Both the position numbers and the translations under genes were made by a program. Of a DNA stretch of 64,000 bases, positions 57,501 to 64,000 are shown piece after piece (the stretch's first letter is position 1; each line of letters opens with the position of its first letter). The notes under the pieces were generated by a model. The model was not told the origin of the DNA. It ran no database searches and saw nothing but the letters and a program-made list of their open reading frames with translations. Origin of the DNA: Longimicrobiales bacterium (GTDB taxonomy: Bacteria > Gemmatimonadota > Gemmatimonadetes > Longimicrobiales > Gaopeijiaceae); the NCBI GenBank assembly GCA_965198065.1, contig CBDAON010000004.1, positions 1,088,001 through 1,152,000 of the forward strand, written 5' to 3'.

Positions 57501-60395
57501 GTCCGCTTCGGTGAAGTCCCCCGCCGACGCGATCGTGTGGGGCCCGCGGAGCGGGATGCGGTACAGGCGGAACCCGGTCCCGGTCGCGGGCCGGTCCCGG
57601 GCCAGGAAGGGCGAGCTTCCATCGAGCCGCACCACGTAGCGCGCGTAGCGCTCCGTCGTGTCCAGAACCCCGCTCCGGTTCAGGTCCTCCGTGTCGAGGC
57701 GACCATTCGCCGCCGTGCAATTCGCGACCGGCAAGCCGGGGGGATGCACCCGACCCGGTATGGCCCTGCAGGTCTCGGCCCAGACCCCCGTCTCGTCGGC
57801 GGTCGGCCCCCAGATCTCGCCCGCCAGGGGGTCGGCCTCCTGGTCCAGAACCCCAATGCCCCAGGGTCGCCCGGTGTCGAGATGGACGCCGCCCGCCTGC
57901 CCGTCGGAGTCCAAAAAGAGGGCGTCCTCGCTCGCGAGGCCCAGGTCCACCACGAGGACGAGCGAATCGCCCCCCGACACGTAGAAGTCCAGGAACTCTG
58001 TGTAGGTGAGGTCCGCCCCCGAGGGCGAGAGGAGCGTCGTGATCGAGCGCGCGAGCGGCGTAAGATAGGGGCCCGGACCGGGGCCACCGAACGTCACCCG
58101 GAGCCCGGCCTCCCGGGTCTGGGTCCCGGTCACGCGGATCTGCCGGTCGATCTCCCCCGGGAAGTAGCCCTCGAAGACGCCGATCGAGTCTCCCGCGGGG
58201 CCCCGCTCCACCCATGTGTGCTGCCAGACGAGAGGCGCGGCGTACGCCTCGTCCAGGGCGGGCGGAAAGATGGTCTCCGCACCCGTCCTGAAGGCCGGAC
58301 TACTCCCCAGGTTCCACGCATTCGTGAGGACGGACACCACGCGCTCGTCCCCCGTGTCGAAGTCGTCCAGGTAAGCGTCGCCGGATCGGTTTGGATCCGG
58401 AACCGAGACCGCGATCTCTCCCTCGACCCGTAGCTCCGCCTCGGTACCGAGCGCGTCGCCCGTGAGCCCTTCCAGCGCCCGCGTCAGCGCCGGGAGCGGG
58501 ACGGCAAGCCTGGAGGTCGCGCCGAAGAGGCCGAGGGTCCCCGGCTCAACGCCGAACCGGGGGCGGTTCACGAGCTCCCGCTCGACCTGGTAGAGCCCGA
58601 TCAGGTCCAGCTCGCCCCACGTCGTCATGGGAACCCGGGCGCTCATCCCCACAACGGACGTAGGCGCAATCTGGAACACCGCCGGCTCCTCCCAGCTCAC
58701 GCGGAGCACGTCGGACGTGCTCCTCGCAAGGAGCGCCCCGGGCTGGAGGAGCGTCACGACGCCCGCCTGGTAGTCGATCACGTAGTCGGTGAGGGGCCGG
58801 AGGACCCGGTCCCCCAGATAGATGCGCTCGCTCCCCGGCCGGAGCCCGAAAGCGCCCAGCGAGAACACGGACGTGACCCCCGAACTCCGGATCTCCGCGG
58901 AGAGGTTCACGCGGTAGAGCCCGCCCGCCTCGCGCTCGAAGGGATCGTCCGCCTCGTAGATCCTGGGGTTCCGGTCCGGTCCCAAGATCACGGCCACCTC
59001 GGCGGCCGAGAGGCCCTCCGAAGGAATCGGGGGCGGATCCAGGAACGGTCGGAGCGTCGGGAACACCACGAACGTTCCCTGGAGGCCGCCACCCCCCACG
59101 AGCTCCTCCGCCGGCTGGAAGACGGCGGCCGGATCGACCGCCTCGAGCGGGGCCTGTTCGTCCACTCCGAAGAGCCGGAGGAAGGGCACGGTCCGCCCGT
59201 CCGGGAGGATCCGGAACGTCCGGCCCCAGCTCTCCTCGCCGAGCGAGATCGAGACCTGGAGCGAGCGCCGATCCACGTCATCCGACCCCGACACACGGTA
59301 GACCTGTTTGATCTCGAGGTCCCACGTTGGGCGGCCGGGCTGATGCTGGGGCCGGGTGGCCCGGACGAGCCTCAGGGTCGGGATCCTCCCGGCGTTGTGG
59401 ATGGCCTCGGGGTTGTAATGCCCGATCACGTCTCCGTTCTGGGCCACATAGGTGACGGCGAGCGCCTCGTCGGGGGCGAGCGGAGCCCGGAGCGCCACCC
59501 AGAGCCCCGACGGGTGCAGGTAGTAGTCCTCCCCCGGACGCAAGTAGCGGAACCACCCGGATTCCCGGACCACACCGGCGCCCGAGGGGAGCGTCGCGTC
59601 CGCCTGGATGTACCCCTCCACCTGCTGGCGGAGGACCGGGTTCCGCTCCATGCGATAGAGCTGGATGGGAGGGGCTCCCGGGGCGAGCCCGGGCGGCGCA
59701 TCTCCCGGTCGGAGCGAGAGGATGTCCAAGTGCGGGGCTTCTGCGATCTGGGCAGGGTCCACGAGGAAGAAGAACTGGCCCTTCACGTAATCGGCGTCGT
59801 CCAGCTCGAGGGTGTCCCGGTAGATGACGCCCGCTTCTGCGCCGAGACCCTCCAGGCGGAACTCCCGCGTGCGGCGGGCGCCGCGCTGTTGGGCGAACAC
59901 GGTCTGGAGCTCGACCCCGCTCACGTTCCCTCGCGCGAGCATCCCGAAGTTCCCCACCGGGATCCCCCGGGTGAGGAAGCGCGTCTCGGGCAAGGCGAAG
60001 CTCACGTCCCCGATCTCGAGGCGCTGGAGCGGCTCCCCGGCCTGACCTTGGTAGTAGACCTGAAAGCGGTTCGACCCGGAGAACTCGCGGGTCTGGTCGT
60101 AGTCCACGTCCATGAAGAGCCGGTCGGAGACCGACCCCAGGGCGAGGAGCCCGAACTGGAGCTCGGGCTGGAGCTCTGGCACAAGCCCGGGTCGGCAGGT
60201 GAGCTGGAAGGACGCGTCGCAGGGGCGGAACACCGTCCAGTCCCCGTCGAAATCTCCCCGGACCCCGAAGCGGACCGCCAGGTCCGACAGGGGAGAGGGT
60301 GCCTGGGCTACCTCGACCGTGTCCGGCGCGGCCCCCGGCGCGCCGACCTGGAGCGCCGTGACGGCCAATCCAAGGAGGACCGGGACCGGGGTCAC
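54546..60395 (-). CDS. SprA/Sov-like large outer-membrane protein (~1950 aa)
   Basis: SERIYL....L....DYVIDYQAG, YLDDFD, DTEDLNRSGVLD, GEVWVNDLRL, beta-strand-rich C-terminus; start chosen at GTG before a signal-like segment. Confidence 0.72.
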   Translation of the reverse strand: MTPVPVLLGLAVTALQVGAPGAAPDTVEVAQAPSPLSDLAVRFGVRGDFDGDWTVFRPCDASFQLTCRPGLVPELQPELQFGLLALGSVSDRLFMDVDYDQTREFSGSNRFQVYYQGQAGEPLQRLEIGDVSFALPETRFLTRGIPVGNFGMLARGNVSGVELQTVFAQQRGARRTREFRLEGLGAEAGVIYRDTLELDDADYVKGQFFFLVDPAQIAEAPHLDILSLRPGDAPPGLAPGAPPIQLYRMERNPVLRQQVEGYIQADATLPSGAGVVRESGWFRYLRPGEDYYLHPSGLWVALRAPLAPDEALAVTYVAQNGDVIGHYNPEAIHNAGRIPTLRLVRATRPQHQPGRPTWDLEIKQVYRVSGSDDVDRRSLQVSISLGEESWGRTFRILPDGRTVPFLRLFGVDEQAPLEAVDPAAVFQPAEELVGGGGLQGTFVVFPTLRPFLDPPPIPSEGLSAAEVAVILGPDRNPRIYEADDPFEREAGGLYRVNLSAEIRSSGVTSVFSLGAFGLRPGSERIYLGDRVLRPLTDYVIDYQAGVVTLLQPGALLARSTSDVLRVSWEEPAVFQIAPTSVVGMSARVPMTTWGELDLIGLYQVERELVNRPRFGVEPGTLGLFGATSRLAVPLPALTRALEGLTGDALGTEAELRVEGEIAVSVPDPNRSGDAYLDDFDTGDERVVSVLTNAWNLGSSPAFRTGAETIFPPALDEAYAAPLVWQHTWVERGPAGDSIGVFEGYFPGEIDRQIRVTGTQTREAGLRVTFGGPGPGPYLTPLARSITTLLSPSGADLTYTEFLDFYVSGGDSLVLVVDLGLASEDALFLDSDGQAGGVHLDTGRPWGIGVLDQEADPLAGEIWGPTADETGVWAETCRAIPGRVHPPGLPVANCTAANGRLDTEDLNRSGVLDTTERYARYVVRLDGSSPFLARDRPATGTGFRLYRIPLRGPHTIASAGDFTEADWRSIQVMRVTVVGRRASTLTLARMRLVGSRWVKRSVGGVLRGIGGDTLALGGRLEVTPVSVVSEAAYQAPPGVLELLDDPTAVVSGRGVEFNEKSLALRYEDVAPGDRAEVYFRFLQRPQNFLAYGELRLWAVARAGTWGESVPSDFFVKVGTDAENFYLYRSRMVPAASAVAVVPEDWLPERVLHFHEWTSLRRRAEQRLLDDPPGPGDPPVIEWSADSTYAVVLKDRARAPNLAAVREISIGVWNRSILPVSGEVWVNDLRLGRGIRTTGTARYLTMELDGGELLQARFGYTGTGPFFRQLEENPTYQSESAVSLSGTLQLGALVPAEWGWDLPFSVAHLKSAGDPLFLSQTDLRADELPGLRTPGVTETRVSLAFRSEGATGRTWVDRALGGLDLGLTVTGLSGTTPTGETRSSQVDGGAGYTWRPESRTIPLVPDLLEPVVRILVPGFLLDRFLEADLRWMPEEIGVRSGLYRRSLTLDRFEEIVVDAEGPAARSTSAPEARLETSARLAFRPFVGMGLSVDLITARDLLDPVDGVRDPRVRPAVEAERRRLLGADVGWETRREVVGRLTFQPDLPPWLRADLGIQTRYLGEQDPGFVRFETLPDSIPRLLRNARGERELRATLTVDPDGFLVELLGPAPAGSGGGGPDGGVAAPGGVAGTPGPEESTLAGIVRIVAGAVSPLTVSWQDGITSRFHREGVDPGAAFQLGWGSTGSFEALDQVTATTLAARRGLSAGSGLQLPGSFFVNVNYQTTRTESLDRRSDREGRGRIWPDLRVGVGDLPFPAAWEGMLAGASASVGFQRTRDESSYVGGLLQRRMRVDRRVPVEVALEWVGGVVTRYRSQLVWGQVRDPTGTTDRAQVEHRFSVESRLPQAARLLAQAATAPRISLSVDYSEVLECRVAVAGAGCVGFIDQVNRGVQLALETVLQGVEVGGQVSLVDRRSFVGLRTGFTQLHMGLWGRLVIEAGPVGQLQGTPDPF

Positions 60396-60509
60396 GAGCT
60401 GCGCCGACCCCGGGCGGGGACCGCACGCGGCGCGAGCGGGTAGGAGACCCGACCGTTCGAGCGGGGCCTCCCCGCCTTGGCGCACCGTTTCCGCCAGCCC
60501 ATTCGGCGC

Positions 60510-61946
60510 ATGACGATCCTCACGCGTTACGTGATCCGGGCCCACATCGGCCCGTTTCTCTTCGCGTTCACGGCGGTGACGGGGCTCCTGTTCCTGAACG
60601 CCGTGGCGCAGCGCGTCGAGGACCTCGCGGGCCGTGGGCTCGAGCTCGCCGTGATCGGCGAGTTCATGCTCCTCTCGCTCCCCCACATCGTGGCCCTCAC
60701 CCTCCCGATGTCGCTGCTCGTGGCCGCTCTCTACGCGTTCTCCGAGCTCACGGTGCACAACGAACTCGCCGCCATGGCGGCCGGCGGCATCCATCCGGCT
60801 CGCTTCATGGCTCCGGTCGCGGTCGTGGGCCTCCTCTTCTCGGGCGTCATGTTCGTGTTCAACGACCGGATCCTGCCCGAGGCGAACCACCGCCTAAGTT
60901 CCCTGCTGGCCGACGTGGGAAGCAAGAGTCCCACGCTCCAGCTGCGCGAGGACATCATCAACACGGTCCACACCGGGGACGATTCGCGTTACTTCCTGAG
61001 GGCGCGCTCGATCAATACTCAGGAGAACGTCCTGGAGGAAGTCACGATCTACGACCTGACGGACGTGATGGGGAGACGCACGATCGTCGCGGACCGCGGG
61101 CAGATGAGCTTCACGCCCGATGGACGCGACCTCTATCTCACGCTCTACGACGGGATGGTCTTCGAGGTCACGGACGAGCGTCCCGGAGCCTTCCAGCGGG
61201 TCGCCTACGATACGCAGATCCTCCCCTTCCGGGGCGTCGGAGACGAGCTGGAACGGCAAGGGGCGGGCGCGCCGAGCGACCGCGAGATGGACATTGCGGC
61301 GCTCAAGGACCGGGTGGCGATCAACCTCGCCGACATGGAGCGGATGGAATCTGAGGGCGAGCGACGGTCCCTCGAAGCTCTCGACGTGGCGCTGGGCTCC
61401 GTGCTTCCCCCCGGAGGTCCCGGGCCCGAGCGCAATCCGTCCATCTCGGAGGCGGATCGGCGGGCCTCGTTCACCGACGACGACATGACCGCCGGCGTAG
61501 CGAACGCATACCGCGCCAACGTGACCCGGTGGGAGGTCCGACTCGAGCAGAACTTCCGGTACATGGTCGAGATCCACAAGAAGTACGCGATCGCGTTCGC
61601 GTGCCTCATCTTCGTCCTCCTCGGCCCCCCGCTCGCCATCCGCTTCCCCCAGGGAGGCGCCGGCATGGCGATCGCCGCCTCCGTCACGATCTTCTTCTTC
61701 TACTGGATGGGGCTCATCGGGGGTGAGCGGTTCGCCGACCGGGGGCAGATCGACCCCTTCGTCGCCATGTGGGCGCCGAACGTGATCCTCCTCGTTCCGG
61801 CGCTCTACCTCCTCTTCAAGATGCCCCGGCAGATCTCTACGAACCGGGGAAGCACGTGGGAAGACCTCCGGCTTCGCGTCGGGTGGCTGGCAGGCGGGGT
61901 CGCCGAACGGATCCGCGGACGCCGCGGGGAGGCCCACGGGACATGA
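60510..61946 (+). CDS. lptF: LPS export permease LptF
   Basis: ILTRYV, LPMSLL, NELAAMAAGG, EIHKKYAI. Confidence 0.85.
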   Translation: MTILTRYVIRAHIGPFLFAFTAVTGLLFLNAVAQRVEDLAGRGLELAVIGEFMLLSLPHIVALTLPMSLLVAALYAFSELTVHNELAAMAAGGIHPARFMAPVAVVGLLFSGVMFVFNDRILPEANHRLSSLLADVGSKSPTLQLREDIINTVHTGDDSRYFLRARSINTQENVLEEVTIYDLTDVMGRRTIVADRGQMSFTPDGRDLYLTLYDGMVFEVTDERPGAFQRVAYDTQILPFRGVGDELERQGAGAPSDREMDIAALKDRVAINLADMERMESEGERRSLEALDVALGSVLPPGGPGPERNPSISEADRRASFTDDDMTAGVANAYRANVTRWEVRLEQNFRYMVEIHKKYAIAFACLIFVLLGPPLAIRFPQGGAGMAIAASVTIFFFYWMGLIGGERFADRGQIDPFVAMWAPNVILLVPALYLLFKMPRQISTNRGSTWEDLRLRVGWLAGGVAERIRGRRGEAHGT

Positions 61947-63019
61947 GACTCGGGACGCTGGACCGGTCCGTGCTCTCGAGCTTCCTCCGCCTGTTTGCAA
62001 TCTTTGTGCTCGGGGCGCCCCTCCTCTTCGTCCTGGGCGACGTAACCGAGAACCTCGACCGCTACCTCGAGCAGGGAGTCCCCTTCGAGAGCGTGGCGCT
62101 CTCGTACGTGTTCACGTACCCGCAGTTCATCTTCTGGTGCTTCCCCATCGCGGGGCTGCTCGCGACGATCTTCACGATCCACCCGATGACGATCCACAGC
62201 GAGATCATGGCCGCGAAGGCAGGAGGGATCTCGTTCCGCCGGCTCGTCATGCCCCTTCTTGTGGCGGGCGCGATCCTCTCGGGGGTGGGCATCGTGCTGG
62301 CGGACATTGCCCCGAGATCGATGGAGATCGCCTCGGAGCTCCGCGGGGAGAGGGAGCGGCGGCAGGCGTGGCGGAACAACTTCGTGTACGTGACGGACGC
62401 CGGCGAATCCCTCACCGCTCGCCGACTCACCGTGAACGACGGCGTGATCCTGGGAGCGGCTCTCCAACGCTTCCCACAGGAGCCAGACGAGCCCGTGCGT
62501 TACATCTTGGCGGACGAAGTCCGCTGGGTGGAAGGGACTGGGTGGTTCTTCGAGGACGGATACCGGCGGGAGCTCCACCCGGATGGGCGAGAGGTGACGG
62601 TCCGGTTCGAGAGCTCGCTCGTGCGGAACCTGGAGGAGAGTCCTGAGGAGCTCCTCGCGACGTTTCGGGAACCGGACGAGATGACCTACGCCGAGCTGTC
62701 GCGGTTCGCGGATCGGCTGCTGCGCTCTGGAAGCGAGGTCGGGGAGATCCTTACCAAGCGTGGGCAGCGCATCGCGATCCCGGCGGCCACGCTCGTGATC
62801 GTGCTCTTCGGCGCGCCTCTAGCCACATCCTCCAAGCGCGGCGGCGCGGCCTACGGGATCGGGATCTCGCTCGCCACTACGATCCTCTACCTTCTGCTCT
62901 TCCGGGTTTCCGGCGCGTTCGGGTACGCGGGGACCCTCGATCCCACCGCGGCGGCGTGGATTCCGAACGTCGTCTTCCTGGGCGCCGGCCTCGTCCTTTT
63001 GGGCAGGGTACGCACGTAG
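61943..63019 (+). CDS. lptG: LPS export permease LptG
   Basis: LDR, SEIMAAKAGGIS, AAWIPN; ATGA overlap with lptF. Confidence 0.85.
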   Translation: MRLGTLDRSVLSSFLRLFAIFVLGAPLLFVLGDVTENLDRYLEQGVPFESVALSYVFTYPQFIFWCFPIAGLLATIFTIHPMTIHSEIMAAKAGGISFRRLVMPLLVAGAILSGVGIVLADIAPRSMEIASELRGERERRQAWRNNFVYVTDAGESLTARRLTVNDGVILGAALQRFPQEPDEPVRYILADEVRWVEGTGWFFEDGYRRELHPDGREVTVRFESSLVRNLEESPEELLATFREPDEMTYAELSRFADRLLRSGSEVGEILTKRGQRIAIPAATLVIVLFGAPLATSSKRGGAAYGIGISLATTILYLLLFRVSGAFGYAGTLDPTAAAWIPNVVFLGAGLVLLGRVRT

Positions 63020-63141
63020 GGGGCGGGCTGCCCGGGCGCGACGGGTACGCACGGTCGGCCCCGGCCGCGCTCCGTCAGCTCAGCTGTGCGGCCGGTTCGG
63101 CCCTCGGCCGACAGTACGCCGGGCCGCCGAGGCGACCTCCT

Positions 63142-64000
63142 TCAGGTAATCGATTCCAGGAACCCCGGGGCGAGCCGACCGCGGGCCACCTCCTCGACCG
63201 GCCCCCGGAGCGTGATCTCCAGCCCGTCCGAAACCGACACCTCTAGGGTGCCTCCCTCCATCTCGACCGCGATAGACCCCTGGGAGAGCCGGCCCGTAGC
63301 CACTGCGGCGGCGGCGGCCGCGCAGGAGCTCGTCCCCGAGGCGCTCGTGCGCCCGACCCCGCGTTCCCAGATCCGGATCCGGAGGCGCCCCGGGGAGAGC
63401 TCGTCTACCAGCTGGACGTTGGTCCCGTCCGGAAACGCGGGGTGCGTGGCCAGGAACGGACCGAGCTCCTCCAGCGCGCGGGAGCGGTCCCCGTCGAGCA
63501 CGACTGCGTGCGGGTTTCCAACCGAGACGGGAACGAACTCCACCGGGCCGAGCGCTGGGTGGAGGGCCCGCCCCTCCGGATCGAGCTCGGAGGCGACGAG
63601 GCGGACGGCGCCCCTCCCCACGACGGCCTTCCCCATTTCCACGGACACATCGAAGCAGCCGTGGCGCGGACCTCCGTGCACGGTCATCGGAATCACGCTC
63701 CCGCTGCTCGTCACCTCGAAGCTCTCCCCCGTGTCGACCAGCCCCTCGCCGTGGAGGTACGACGCCAGGACGCGGAGCCCGTTTCCGCTCCGCTCGAACT
63801 CAGATCCGTCGGGGTTGAACATCCGGAGTGGAAAGACCCGGTCTGCGGGGGTCCGGTCGAGGAGGACGACGACTCCGTCCGAGCCTACGCCTCGCCAGCG
63901 GTCGCAGACCCTCCGGATGGCCGCCGGCCCGACCGACCACCCCGGCACCATGGGAGGAACAGCCTCGAACACCAGGTAGTCGTTTCCGAGGCCGTGCGCG
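63142..64000 (-). CDS. dapF: Diaminopimelate epimerase-family protein with Ser in place of both catalytic Cys (5' end outside window)
   Basis: HGLGNDY, GSDG, NPDGSEFERSGNG, VGNPH, NVQ, WERGVGRTSASGT. Confidence 0.85.
   Translation of the reverse strand, partial: AHGLGNDYLVFEAVPPMVPGWSVGPAAIRRVCDRWRGVGSDGVVVLLDRTPADRVFPLRMFNPDGSEFERSGNGLRVLASYLHGEGLVDTGESFEVTSSGSVIPMTVHGGPRHGCFDVSVEMGKAVVGRGAVRLVASELDPEGRALHPALGPVEFVPVSVGNPHAVVLDGDRSRALEELGPFLATHPAFPDGTNVQLVDELSPGRLRIRIWERGVGRTSASGTSSCAAAAAAVATGRLSQGSIAVEMEGGTLEVSVSDGLEITLRGPVEEVARGRLAPGFLESIT

Overview
GC-rich bacterial chromosomal window. The gene content (SprA-like outer-membrane protein, lptFG, PilSR with type IV pilins, AddAB-like pair) suggests Gemmatimonadota or an FCB-group relative; this is inference. 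It carries housekeeping genes (trmFO, topA, aroK, aroC, infA, sod, psd, lptF, lptG, dapF), a type IV pilin locus with a sigma54 promoter, several frameshifted or truncated genes, and an ~11 kb sulfur-assimilation cluster: cysH-sir-hypothetical-moeZ, cbiX and cobA, and thrC-like-CysO/MoaD carrier-JAMM protease-ferredoxin. The main finding is absent from the supplied ORF track. Both sulfur operons are preceded by the same architecture: a sigma70 promoter (TTGACG-N17-TAxxGT), a short Met/Cys-rich leader ORF (MAMTAMCCAMCSC... and MRVARGYMCMCRCSM...), alternative RNA pairings, and a related intrinsic terminator. This is a candidate ribosome-mediated attenuator sensing both Cys and Met, controlling a probable sulfur-carrier (thiocarboxylate) pathway built around a threonine-synthase-like enzyme. 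No rRNA, tRNA, CRISPR array or transposase was recognised.
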